Below are positions 1 through 9,448 of a DNA stretch of 64,000 nt, in pieces. Position 1 is the stretch's first letter. Each line of letters opens with the position of its first letter. Both the position numbers and the translations under genes were made by a program. The notes beneath the pieces were generated by a model that made no database searches, was not told where the DNA came from, and saw only the letters and a program-made list of their open reading frames with translations. The DNA comes from Alphaproteobacteria bacterium (lineage in GTDB: Bacteria > Pseudomonadota > Alphaproteobacteria > UBA828): positions 576,001 through 640,000 of the forward strand of contig CAXXMU010000006.1 in assembly GCA_963667785.2 (NCBI GenBank). The letters run 5' to 3'.

Positions 1-1
1 C

Positions 2-694
2 GCCTCCCACGTGGCCCACATGAGCCGCGCGGTGGACACCGTGCGCCGGGTGCGCGAGGCGCTCGGCGGCGAGGTCGACATGCTGCTGGAGCTGCACCGG
101 CGGCTGACGCCCGCCGAGGCCATCGACTTCATCCCGCGCATCGAGCCCTATCTTCCCTACTGGTGCGAGGACCCGATCCGCCCGGAGAACCCGGACGCCA
201 TGGCCGAGGTCGCGCGCCGCGTGCATGCGCCCATCGCCACCGGCGAGCGCTATGCCTCGCTGCACGATTTCCGCGCCCTCCTTGCGCGCGGGGGCGCCGC
301 TTACGCCCGCGTCGACGTGGCGCTCTGCGGCGGCATCACCGGCGCGCGCAAGGTGGCGGCGCTGGCCGAGGCCCATCACGTCATGGTGGCGCCCCACAAT
401 CCGCTGTCGCCGCTCGGACTCGCCGCCTGCCTGCACCTCGCCGCGGCGATCCCCAACTTCGCGATCCAGGAGTACACGACCGGCTTCGAGGCGCTGAAGA
501 TGGAGACCAGCCTCTCGCTCCTCGGCTCGGACGTGGTCATCGGCGTGCCGCCCATGGAGGATGGCTTCGTCGCCATCGCCGACGTGCCCGGCCTCGGCGT
601 GGCGCTGGCGCCCGATGCGGCCAGCGGACGCCCGCCGATCCAGCGGCCGGTCGCCATGCGTCCGCACCGCGACGGCTTTGTCGTCGACCAGTAG
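2..694 (+). CDS. Mandelate racemase/enolase-superfamily dehydratase (galactonate dehydratase-like), 5'-truncated by window edge
   Basis: Metal-ligand motifs LLELH, WCEDP and IATGER, plus APHNP and IQE; the frame is open to the window start. Confidence 0.85.
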   Translation, partial: ASHVAHMSRAVDTVRRVREALGGEVDMLLELHRRLTPAEAIDFIPRIEPYLPYWCEDPIRPENPDAMAEVARRVHAPIATGERYASLHDFRALLARGGAAYARVDVALCGGITGARKVAALAEAHHVMVAPHNPLSPLGLAACLHLAAAIPNFAIQEYTTGFEALKMETSLSLLGSDVVIGVPPMEDGFVAIADVPGLGVALAPDAASGRPPIQRPVAMRPHRDGFVVDQ

Positions 695-1991
695 CGCGCA
701 GGCGGACGCGCGTGCGATCGCGGCCCATGCACTGGGCGCGATCCTGCGCAAAGGACGGACGCTGGACCAGGCGCTGGCCGCCGCGCCGGGGCTGGAGGGG
801 CTTGCACCCCGCGATGCCGCCTTCGCGCGCCTGCTGCTGCTCACGACGCTCCGCCGCCTCGGCCAGATCGACGCCTTCCTCGCCCGCCTCATGGACCATG
901 CGCTGCCAGCGGGCCGGGGGCCGGTCCAGGACCTGCTGAGGCTCGGGATCTGCCAGCTCGCCTTCCTCGGGACGCCGCCCCATGCGGCGGTGGCGAGCAC
1001 CGTGGCGCTGGCCGAGGGGTCCCGTCTCGCGCCCTATCGCGGGCTCGTCAACGCGGTGCTGCGCCGGGGCGCCCGGGAGCGCGACGGGATCGCGGGCCTC
1101 GACGCCGCCCGCCTCAACACCCCCGACTGGCTCTGGCGGAGCTGGCATGAGGCCTTCGGCGAGGCGCGCTGCCGGGCCATTGCCGAGAGCCACCTGGGCG
1201 AGGCGCCGCTCGACCTTTCGCTCGCGTCGGACGCGCTGGATCGCGCGATGGACCTCGCGGCTGCGCTCGGCGCCCGGCGCCTGCCCAGCGGCACGCTCAG
1301 GCTGCACCGGGCCGGCGATGTGGCGTCGCTGCCGGGCTACGCGAGCGGCGCCTGGTGGGTGCAGGATGCGGCGGCGGCGCTGCCCGTGCGCCTGCTCGGC
1401 CCTCTCTCCGGCCGGCAGGTGCTGGAAATCGGCGCGGCGCCCGGCGGCAAGACCGCACAGCTCGCCGCCGCCGGTGCGCGGGTCGTCGCGGTGGACCGCG
1501 CCGCCGCCCGCATCGCCCGACTGCGGGAGAACCTCGCCAGGCTCCACCTCGACGCCGAGATCGTCGAGGCCGATGCCCTCGACTGGCGCCCCCCGGCGCC
1601 TGCCGACCTGGTGCTCCTCGACGTCCCCTGCACGGCGACGGGGACGATCAGGCGCCATCCCGACATACCGCACGGCCGCAGCGCGGCCGACGTCTCCCGG
1701 CTCGCCGCCGTGCAGGAGCGGCTTCTCGCCCGCGCGGCCACCATGGTGGCACCGGGGGGCCTCCTCCTCTACGCGAGCTGCTCGCTGCAGCCGGAGGAAT
1801 GCGAGCACCGGGTGGAGGGGTTTCTCGCCGCGACGCCGGAGTTCGCGCGCCTGCCCGTGGGCCCCGACGAGCTGCCGGGCGTGCCCGAGGCCGTGACCGC
1901 GGCCGGCGATCTGCGCACGCTCCCCTGCCACTGGGCGGCAGATGGAGGCATGGACGGCTTCTATGCCGCGCGCTTGCGGCGCCATCCCTAA
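678..1991 (+). CDS. rsmB: RsmB/Sun-family RNA m5C methyltransferase with N-terminal NusB-like domain
   Basis: [25 protein letters not shown] and YASCSL motifs; start inferred at in-frame TTG 678 overlapping the upstream stop. Confidence 0.9.
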   Translation: MSSTSSAQADARAIAAHALGAILRKGRTLDQALAAAPGLEGLAPRDAAFARLLLLTTLRRLGQIDAFLARLMDHALPAGRGPVQDLLRLGICQLAFLGTPPHAAVASTVALAEGSRLAPYRGLVNAVLRRGARERDGIAGLDAARLNTPDWLWRSWHEAFGEARCRAIAESHLGEAPLDLSLASDALDRAMDLAAALGARRLPSGTLRLHRAGDVASLPGYASGAWWVQDAAAALPVRLLGPLSGRQVLEIGAAPGGKTAQLAAAGARVVAVDRAAARIARLRENLARLHLDAEIVEADALDWRPPAPADLVLLDVPCTATGTIRRHPDIPHGRSAADVSRLAAVQERLLARAATMVAPGGLLLYASCSLQPEECEHRVEGFLAATPEFARLPVGPDELPGVPEAVTAAGDLRTLPCHWAADGGMDGFYAARLRRHP

Positions 1992-2011
1992 ACTGGTACC
2001 CAGACGCCGGC

Positions 2012-2743
2012 ATGCAACAGGTGCTCCGGATCGCGGCGTCGGTTCTGGCGGCGGACTTCTCGCGGCTGGGTGAGGAGGTCCGGGCGATCACCGAAGCGGG
2101 CGCCGACTGGCTCCACGTCGACGTGATGGACGGGCATTTCGTGCCCAACCTGACGATCGGCCCGGACGTGGTGGCCGCGCTCAGGCCCCACAGCGCGCTC
2201 CCCTTCGACGTCCACCTGATGGTGAGCCCGGTCGATCCCTACATCGAGGCCTTCGCCGAAGCCGGCGCCGACACGATCACCGTGCATGCCGAGGCGGGCC
2301 CCCACCTGCACCGGACACTCCAGCGAATCAGGAGCACGGGCAGGCGGGCGGGCGTCGCACTCAATCCGGCGACTCCGGCCCACGCCGTCGAGCCGGTGCT
2401 CGGCGAAGTCGATCTGGTGCTGGTGATGTCGGTCAACCCGGGCTTCGGCGGCCAGCGCTTCATCCCGAGCCAGCTCGAGAAGATCGGCATGCTCAGGGCG
2501 CTCATCGACCGGGGCGGGCGCAGCGTCGATCTCGCGGTCGACGGCGGGATCGACGAGAGCACGGCCCCCCTCGCCTCGGGCGCCGGCGCCGACGTCATGG
2601 TCGCGGGCTCGGCGAGCTTCGCCGGCGGCCGCGCCGCCTATGCGGGCAATATCGCGCGGCTGAGGGCGGCCGCCGAAGCGGGACGCTCGGCCCCGCCTGA
2701 CGTATCCGCAGTTCCGCGCGCGGTCGGCGCGGCTACCCCCTAG
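2012..2743 (+). CDS. rpe: Ribulose-phosphate 3-epimerase
   Basis: [39 protein letters not shown] and VDGGI motifs; ATG at 2012. Confidence 0.96.
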   Translation: MQQVLRIAASVLAADFSRLGEEVRAITEAGADWLHVDVMDGHFVPNLTIGPDVVAALRPHSALPFDVHLMVSPVDPYIEAFAEAGADTITVHAEAGPHLHRTLQRIRSTGRRAGVALNPATPAHAVEPVLGEVDLVLVMSVNPGFGGQRFIPSQLEKIGMLRALIDRGGRSVDLAVDGGIDESTAPLASGAGADVMVAGSASFAGGRAAYAGNIARLRAAAEAGRSAPPDVSAVPRAVGAATP

Positions 2744-2758
2744 TCCCACTCGATTCTC

Positions 2759-4420
2759 ATGGGCGAGAGGGACGGGTTGGCCGCCGGCAGGCTCCTTGGC
2801 GCGCTGAGACGGCTCCGCCCCCGCTCGTCCGGGCTGGCGGCGGACGGCGGATCGCTGCGGCTGCTGCACCGTGCCGACGACCCGGTGCCCGGAGTCGCCA
2901 GCCGGGGCGAGGCATTGCTGGCCGGCGACTACGAGTTCGGCGGGCTCACGGTTCGAGCCTCGGATGCGGGCGCCGGCGCCAGCGCGCCCTGGCGTCACCG
3001 GGAGGAGGGCGCCTACTGGCTCACCGAGCTCCATGCCTTCGCCTGGCTGCGCGACCTGCGTGCGGTGGGCACGCGCCAGGCCGCCGAGCGCGCACGCTTT
3101 CTGGTGCTCGACTGGCTCAGGCAGCATCGCTCGATCGAGCAGTTGGCGGCATGGGAGCCCGCGGCCCTTGGGCGGCGCCTCTCGGCCTGGCTCGCTCACA
3201 GCGAGTTCCTGCTGCAGGGCGCGGACGCGGAGTTCACGGGGCGCTTCCACCAGGCGCTGGAGCTCCAGGCCAGCCACCTGCTGCGTACCGCCCGCAATGC
3301 CGGCGAAGGCCTGCCGCAGCTCATCGTCGCCAAGGGGATGATCGAGAGCGGGCTCTGCCTGCCCGACGGCGAGCGCCGCGTCTCCCAGGGCCACAAACTG
3401 CTGGAAGCGACGCTGGAGCATCAGCTTCTGGGCGACGGTGGTCATGTCGAGCGGAACCCGTCCTCGCATCTCGCTGCGCTGTGGTCCCTCGCGGCGCTGC
3501 GCGCGACGCTGGAGGCCGGCGGTCACCCCGTCGTCCCGGCGCTGTCGGAGGGGATCGCCCAGCTGGCGCCGGTGCTGCGCATGCTCCGCCACGGCGACGG
3601 CGCTCTCGCGCTCTTCAACGGCGGCGTCGAGGAAGAGCGCGGCCTGATCGATCTCGCCCTCAGCCGGGCAGCCGAGGTCGGGGGCCGCGCCCTGCTCGAT
3701 GCGCCCGACACCGGGTTCCGGCGGATCGAGAGCAGGCACGCCACCCTGATCGCCGACACGGGCGTGCCGTCCGTCACGGGCCGCTGGGCCCATGCCGGCA
3801 CCTTGAGCCTGGAGATGAGCGCCGGCCGGGAGCGCCTCATCGTCAATTGCGGCGGCTGGCGCGGCGGCGAGGGCGCGTGGCGAGAGGCCCTCAGGGCCAC
3901 CGCGGCCCACAGCACGCTCACCGTCGACGACACCAACAGCGCGACCCTGGACGCGAGCGGCACGATCGCGGACGGCCCCACCACGGTGCAGGTGGAGCGA
4001 CGCGACCAGGACGGCGCGACCTGGATCGACGCCAGCCACGACGGCTATCTCGACACGCTCGGGCTCGTTCACAAGCGCCGGCTCTACGCGGGCGCCGCGG
4101 GCGCGGACGTGCGGGGCGAGGACTCGCTCATTCACGTCAGGAAGCGGCGGCGGCAGGGGCGCGAATTCGCCCTCCGCTTCCACCTTCATCCCGACGTGCG
4201 CAGCGCGCTGACAGAGGACCGGCGCGCCGCGCTCCTGCGACTGCCCAGCGGCGCGGTGTGGCAGATGCGCGCCGTCGGCGCCTCGGTGAGCATCGACGAG
4301 AGCGTCTATGCCGGGGACGGCGCGAACCGGCGGCGCACCTCGCAAGTCGCGCTGACCGGGCCGATCGAGGACACGACCACGGTGAAATGGGCGCTGCGGC
4401 TCCTGCCGACGGGCAATTGA
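2759..4420 (+). CDS. Heparinase II/III-family protein
   Basis: LHAFAWLRDL, DGGHVERNP, HGDGALALFNG, HAGTLSLE, RATAAHSTL and ASHDGY motifs; usual position after rsmB-rpe in alphaproteobacteria. Confidence 0.85.
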   Translation: MGERDGLAAGRLLGALRRLRPRSSGLAADGGSLRLLHRADDPVPGVASRGEALLAGDYEFGGLTVRASDAGAGASAPWRHREEGAYWLTELHAFAWLRDLRAVGTRQAAERARFLVLDWLRQHRSIEQLAAWEPAALGRRLSAWLAHSEFLLQGADAEFTGRFHQALELQASHLLRTARNAGEGLPQLIVAKGMIESGLCLPDGERRVSQGHKLLEATLEHQLLGDGGHVERNPSSHLAALWSLAALRATLEAGGHPVVPALSEGIAQLAPVLRMLRHGDGALALFNGGVEEERGLIDLALSRAAEVGGRALLDAPDTGFRRIESRHATLIADTGVPSVTGRWAHAGTLSLEMSAGRERLIVNCGGWRGGEGAWREALRATAAHSTLTVDDTNSATLDASGTIADGPTTVQVERRDQDGATWIDASHDGYLDTLGLVHKRRLYAGAAGADVRGEDSLIHVRKRRRQGREFALRFHLHPDVRSALTEDRRAALLRLPSGAVWQMRAVGASVSIDESVYAGDGANRRRTSQVALTGPIEDTTTVKWALRLLPTGN

Positions 4421-4631
4421 GCGTACCGGCGCCTGAACGGCGTGGCACGAAAGCCCCTTGCAAACCACGCAATAATCGACCAACAAGGGGCCGTTGGTTG
4501 CACGTGACCTTGATGTATCTTCGCAGACTGACTCCAGCCTGGCCAAGCTACTCTAGAGACACGCTGCGCCCCGAACACCCGCGACGCCGCGCAATGCGGC
4601 ACGGGCGTTTAACAATGCGAAAGGAGTAGTC

Positions 4632-4841
4632 ATGGCGACTGGAACGGTAAAGTGGTTCAACGCGGTCAAGGGTTACGGCTTCATTCAGCCGAGCGACGGG
4701 TCCAAGGATGCCTTCGTGCACATCTCCGCGGTCGAGCGGGCGGGCCTCACCAACCTGCGCGAGGGTCAGAAGGTCGAGTACGAGCTGACGCCGGGTCGGG
4801 ACGGCAGGGCGTCGGCGGAGAACATAGTCGTTCTGGACTGA
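4632..4841 (+). CDS. Cold-shock protein (CspA family)
   Basis: GTVKWFN..KGYGFI and DAFVHISA RNP motifs; strong AAGGAG RBS; 211-nt upstream intergenic region. Confidence 0.97.
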   Translation: MATGTVKWFNAVKGYGFIQPSDGSKDAFVHISAVERAGLTNLREGQKVEYELTPGRDGRASAENIVVLD

Positions 4842-4963
4842 CCGTCCGCACATCTCACCCCACGATAGCCGGCGGCACACGCCGCCGGACTCCCGGCGCG
4901 ATCCGCTGAGCGTCGACGAGCGCCGCGCGTCCGGAGCGCGGCCGGCCAGCCGGAAAGGAACGA

Positions 4964-5209
4964 ATGGCACGCAAGCCGAACTATCGCTTCGCGCGACTCG
5001 AGCGTGAACGCAACAAGGCCGCGAAGAAGGCCGAGCGCGCCAAGCAGAAGGCCGAACGCGCGGAACAGAGGCGACTGGAGAAGGCCGGACTGCCCGCCGA
5101 GGGCGATGACGCCGCGGGCGCCGAGGCCGGCGCCGCCGAGAGCACCGCGGGCACATCGGGCGAGCGCCTCGACGCGGACGGCACGGGGCCGTCGCAGGCA
5201 GAACGCTAG
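4964..5209 (+). CDS. Small basic hypothetical protein (MARKPNYRF-type)
   Basis: AAAGGAA RBS; Lys/Arg-rich helical N-terminus and acidic tail. Confidence 0.7.
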   Translation: MARKPNYRFARLERERNKAAKKAERAKQKAERAEQRRLEKAGLPAEGDDAAGAEAGAAESTAGTSGERLDADGTGPSQAER

Positions 5210-5284
5210 AGCAAGCTCTGACCGCACGGGGTCGCGTCCGGTTGTCGCACGCTCCCCCTGTTCGCATGCCGCGCGGCTGGAGAC

Positions 5285-5393
5285 TCCCCCACCTCTCCCC
5301 GGCCCTCTCCTCCCCGCCGGGGAGGAGAGGGAGACGGGGCGGTTCCGCTTTCTTTCCCCCTCCTCCTGGGAGGAGGGGGCAGGGAGAGGTGGG
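5285..5393. repeat. RIME/REP-like palindromic intergenic element, copy 1 (~109 bp)
   Basis: Outer stem CCCACCTC...GAGGTGGG encloses two hairpins (CCCTCTCCTCCCC/GGGGAGGAGAGGG and CCCCCTCCTCC/GGAGGAGGGGG); about 90% identical to 15644-15753. Confidence 0.9.
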
Positions 5394-5484
5394 TGCCGTC
5401 GAGCCGTGGTGACCTCGTATGGTCGGATAATGCTCTAGCCCGCCCGCCGGCGCGGGCGGCGGATGCGGGGAGCGCCCCCTCCCC

Positions 5485-6195
5485 TCAGGCGTCTTTCGGC
5501 GCCCTGGAGAGCTTGTCGGCGAGCCGGGTGGGCTCGGGCAGCCGGTAGCGCGTGGCGCAGGCGAGCGTCAGCGACACGGCGGTGCGGACCGAGACCCGGT
5601 GCCCGGCCGAGACGTAGACGGGCTTCACCCGCGCGCGGGTACGCAGCACGGCGCCGATGCGCTCGCTTGGCCGCGCGCCCTTGCCGGCGAGAAGCCACGC
5701 GACATCGCCCTTCTCCGGGCCGGGCTCTTCGTGGATGCCGGTGAGCCGCGACTTCGCGACGCCGATGGCGGGGATGTCCAGCCAGAGGCCCAGATGGCAG
5801 GCGAGCCCGAAGCGGCGCGGATGGGCATAGCCGTGACCGTCGCAGAGGACGAGGTCCGGCGCCCCGCGCAGCTCGTCCAGGGCCTCCAGCAACGCCGGCA
5901 CCTCGCGGAAGGAGAGGAGCCCCGGCACGTAGGGGAATGCCGTCGGGCGCTCGATCAGCACGCTCTCGACGGGGGTCAGGCCGGGAAAGTCCAGCAGCAC
6001 CGCCGCCGCGCGGATCACCCGGCCCCCGTCGGCGAAGGCAGCATCGACTCCCGCCACCTGCCTGAGCGCACGCCGTCCGCCGGGGCCCAGGCGGTCCGCG
6101 CGGACCACGGCGCCGGCGAGCGTCCTCTGCAGCACGACCGCCTCGGTCGGAGTCAGATCCCACTCATGCAGCGGCCCGCCGGAGCGGGTCGTCAT
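5485..6195 (-). CDS. nfi: Endonuclease V (deoxyinosine 3'-endonuclease)
   Basis: VAGVD, FPYVPGLLSFRE, LCDGHGYAHPRRFGLACH, IGVAKS and YRLPEPTRLAD motifs. Confidence 0.95.
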   Translation of the reverse strand: MTTRSGGPLHEWDLTPTEAVVLQRTLAGAVVRADRLGPGGRRALRQVAGVDAAFADGGRVIRAAAVLLDFPGLTPVESVLIERPTAFPYVPGLLSFREVPALLEALDELRGAPDLVLCDGHGYAHPRRFGLACHLGLWLDIPAIGVAKSRLTGIHEEPGPEKGDVAWLLAGKGARPSERIGAVLRTRARVKPVYVSAGHRVSVRTAVSLTLACATRYRLPEPTRLADKLSRAPKDA

Positions 6196-9100
6196 TCCGC
6201 GCCCGTTCCGGGCGACGGATCGTCCAGCACCGTCCCCAGCCGTTCGCGCCGGCGCTGCTGCCCGGTCGCGACCACCGCGAGCAGCGGCGGGACGATCAGC
6301 AGCGTCAGCACGGCGGAGAGCGCAAGCCCGCCAATCACCACCGAGCCGAGCCCGCGATAGAGCTCCGAGCCCGCGCCCGGAAACAGCACCAGCGGCAGCA
6401 TGCCGAACACGCTGGTGAAGGTCGACATGAAGATCGGTCGGATACGGTTCCTCGTCGCCGCCACGATCGCGTCCGACACCTCCATCCGCTCCTCCCTGAT
6501 GAGATAGAGGGTCTGGTGGACGAGCAGGATGGCGTTGTTGACGACGATGCCGACCAGGATGACGAAGCCCAGCAGCGTCAGCATGTCGAGCGGCTGGAAG
6601 GCATAGCTGTTGACCACCGCGAGCCCCAGCACCCCGCCGGCGGCGGCGAGCGGCACCGAGAGCATGATGACGAAGGGATAGACGAAGCTCTCGAAGAGGA
6701 CGGCCATGATGAGGTAGACGATGGCGATGGCGACCACCAGATTGATCGCCATCGCGTCCCAGGTCGCCGCGAGGTCGTCGGCGGTACCGGAAAGCCTGAT
6801 CTTGACCCCAGGCGGCAGGCCCTGCGCCTCCAGCGCCTGCACGACGCCGGTCTCCAGCCTCTCCAGCGCGACCTCGAGGGGAATGTCCGCCGCGGGGCGG
6901 ATCTCCAGGGTTATCGTGCGCTCGCGCTCGACATGACGAATCTTGGTCGGGCCCGCTGTGACGACGATATCGGCGAGCGAGCTCGCCGGCACGGTGGCGC
7001 CGGCGCCGGTCACCACGGGCAGGCTCTCGATGCCCTGGGTGCGGACGACGTTGGCGTCCGGCCCGGCCAGCACAAGGTCCATCCGCTTCGCCTCGATGGT
7101 CACCTCGTCCACCTTGAGTCCGTCGTTGTAGGCCTCGATGGTGGCACCCAGCTCGCGCGCGGAGATCCCGTTGTCGCCGAGCCTGACGGGATCGGGCAGC
7201 AGCCGGACCTCGGGCGAGCCGAACTCGAGGCCCGGCTTGGGGCGGAACTGGTTGCCCTGATCGAAGGGGAGCGCTTGGGCGACGAGGCCGGTCGCCTGCA
7301 GCGCGATGCCGAGCACGGCCTCGAGCTCAGGCCCTGAGATGTCGACGTCGATCTTGCGCCCGCCGCCGATCCCGCGGCCGAAGAGTGACGCCTGGCTGAC
7401 GAAGCCGAAGGTGCCGGGCTCGAAGAAGACCGGCTGGCGGATCGGGTCGATCAGCTCGCCGGCGCGGTCGGTCTCGACGGCCACCGCGCCGACGAAGGCC
7501 TGATCGCGAAAGGTCACGAAGAAGAAGCGCTGCATCTTGGGTGGCTCGCCCGGTGCCGCGACCGGTCCGGTCTCCGATTCCCAGAGCGGGCGCACGGCGT
7601 CCTCCACCGAGCGCGCGATGCCGGTCGTGGTCTCCAGATTGTAGCCTGGCGGCGGAAGCACGACGCCGAACACCAGGTTGCGGTTGCCGGTGGGCAGATA
7701 GTCGAGCCGCGGCAGCAGCATCCACGAGACGACCAGCGCGCCGCCGCAGACGACGAGCGCGATCACGGCCGCGCGCAGCCGCCGGCGCACGACCCACCCG
7801 GTGAAGCCCAGCACGATGCGGACGAACAGCGCGGCGGCATCGTCGATGACGGGCAGGCGAAGCCGGCGCGGCGCGGCATCGTCGACCGCACGCGCCACGG
7901 GCGTCTGCTCGACGCCGAGGAGCCTGCGTCCGAGGATTCGGCTCGCGAGCGAGGGGATGACGGTGCTCGCCACCACCAGCGAGAGCACCACGGATACCGA
8001 GATCGCGACGGCGATATCCCGGAAGAGCTGGCCGGCTTCCAGCTCCATGACCAGGATCGGCACGAAGACCAGGACCGTGGTGGCGGCGGAGACGAACACC
8101 GCCCCCCAGACCTGCCGCGCTCCGTAATAGGCGGCCTGCAGACGGCCGTGGCCGCTCTGGCGCAGGCGGTAGATGTTCTCCAGCACCACGATCGCCGCAT
8201 CCACCACCATGCCGACGGCGAAGGCGAGGCCCGCGAGCGAGATCACGTTGATGGAGCGGCCGAGCAGCGCCATCGCCACGAAGGAGCCCACGACCGAGAC
8301 CGGGATCGCGACCGAGACGATGAGCGTCGCCGAGAAGGAGCGCAGGAACAGCAGCAGGATGAGCGCGGCCAGTGCGCCGCCGACGAAGATGTTCTGCTGC
8401 ACCAGATTGATCGCGGAATCGATGTAGACGGTCTCGTCGTAGACCTGCTCGAAGACGAGACCCGCCTGCGGGATCGACGCGGCGTTCAGCTCGGCGACCG
8501 CCGCCCTGATCCCCTCCATGGTCTCGATCACGTTGGCGCCGGTCTCGCGCACCGTGTTGACGGCGAGCGCCGGCTCGCCGAGCAGGCGGATGCGCGCGAC
8601 GGGCTCCTTGTAGCGGTAGGCGATCGTGGCGATGTCGCCGACGGTCACCCGGCCGAGCCGGCCGGAGAGAGGATCGCGCGCAGAGCGCAGCACGACGCCC
8701 GCGACCCGCTCGGGCGTGTTGAGCTCGCCGTCGGTCCGCACCACGTAGCGGCGCTTGCCCTCCTCGACGTCGCCCGCCGAGATCGAGGCGTTCGAGCGCC
8801 TGAGCGCGTCCGCAATCCCGGTGACCGTGAGGCCGTAGCGGGCCATGCGCTCGGGATCGACCGTGATGCGAAGCTCGCGCGTGGTGCCGCCGAACATGTT
8901 GACGCGGGCCACGCCCGGCACCCGCTCGAGGCGCTCGCGGATGACGTCCTCGACGAAATCGCCGTAGGTGTGGATGTCACGCTCGTTGCCGGACTGACGG
9001 GAGAGGATGAACCAGGCGATCGGCTGGTCCTCCGAACCGGCGGAGCTGATGACCGGCTCGGCGGCGTCGTCGGGCCGATCGGAGACGCGGTCCAGGCGGT

Positions 9101-9428
9101 TGGCGACCAGCACGAGCGAGCGGTCCATGTCGGTGCCGACGGCGAACTCCAGCTCGATCTCGCCGATGCCGTCGTCGGCCGAGCCGATCATGCGGTTCAG
9201 CCCTTCGAGGCCTTTGAACACCTCTTCCTGCTGGGTGATGATCTCGCGCTCGACCTCGGCCGGCGCCGCGCCGGGCCAGTAGGTCTCGACGGTGAGCACC
9301 GGCTTGCGGACGTCGGGCGTGAGCTGGATCGGAATCGTCTGCAGCGCGACGAAACCGAACATGAGCACCATCAGAATCGCGGCGACCACCGCGATCGGCC
9401 GGTCGATGGCCAGCTTGATGAGACTCAC
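6192..9428 (-). CDS. RND efflux transporter permease (AcrB family)
   Basis: 1078 aa; GMVVDAAIVVLENI, GIVVNNAILLV and RIRPIFMST motifs. Confidence 0.95.
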   Translation of the reverse strand: MSLIKLAIDRPIAVVAAILMVLMFGFVALQTIPIQLTPDVRKPVLTVETYWPGAAPAEVEREIITQQEEVFKGLEGLNRMIGSADDGIGEIELEFAVGTDMDRSLVLVANRLDRVSDRPDDAAEPVISSAGSEDQPIAWFILSRQSGNERDIHTYGDFVEDVIRERLERVPGVARVNMFGGTTRELRITVDPERMARYGLTVTGIADALRRSNASISAGDVEEGKRRYVVRTDGELNTPERVAGVVLRSARDPLSGRLGRVTVGDIATIAYRYKEPVARIRLLGEPALAVNTVRETGANVIETMEGIRAAVAELNAASIPQAGLVFEQVYDETVYIDSAINLVQQNIFVGGALAALILLLFLRSFSATLIVSVAIPVSVVGSFVAMALLGRSINVISLAGLAFAVGMVVDAAIVVLENIYRLRQSGHGRLQAAYYGARQVWGAVFVSAATTVLVFVPILVMELEAGQLFRDIAVAISVSVVLSLVVASTVIPSLASRILGRRLLGVEQTPVARAVDDAAPRRLRLPVIDDAAALFVRIVLGFTGWVVRRRLRAAVIALVVCGGALVVSWMLLPRLDYLPTGNRNLVFGVVLPPPGYNLETTTGIARSVEDAVRPLWESETGPVAAPGEPPKMQRFFFVTFRDQAFVGAVAVETDRAGELIDPIRQPVFFEPGTFGFVSQASLFGRGIGGGRKIDVDISGPELEAVLGIALQATGLVAQALPFDQGNQFRPKPGLEFGSPEVRLLPDPVRLGDNGISARELGATIEAYNDGLKVDEVTIEAKRMDLVLAGPDANVVRTQGIESLPVVTGAGATVPASSLADIVVTAGPTKIRHVERERTITLEIRPAADIPLEVALERLETGVVQALEAQGLPPGVKIRLSGTADDLAATWDAMAINLVVAIAIVYLIMAVLFESFVYPFVIMLSVPLAAAGGVLGLAVVNSYAFQPLDMLTLLGFVILVGIVVNNAILLVHQTLYLIREERMEVSDAIVAATRNRIRPIFMSTFTSVFGMLPLVLFPGAGSELYRGLGSVVIGGLALSAVLTLLIVPPLLAVVATGQQRRRERLGTVLDDPSPGTGAE

Positions 9429-9442
9429 CGGATGAGACTCAC
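9417..9442 (-). repeat. 12-bp tandem direct repeat (GTGAGTCTCATC x2) spanning the RND start codon
   Basis: gatgagactcac at 9417-9428 and 9431-9442 on the + strand. Confidence 0.9.
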
Positions 9443-9448
9443 GGGCCG

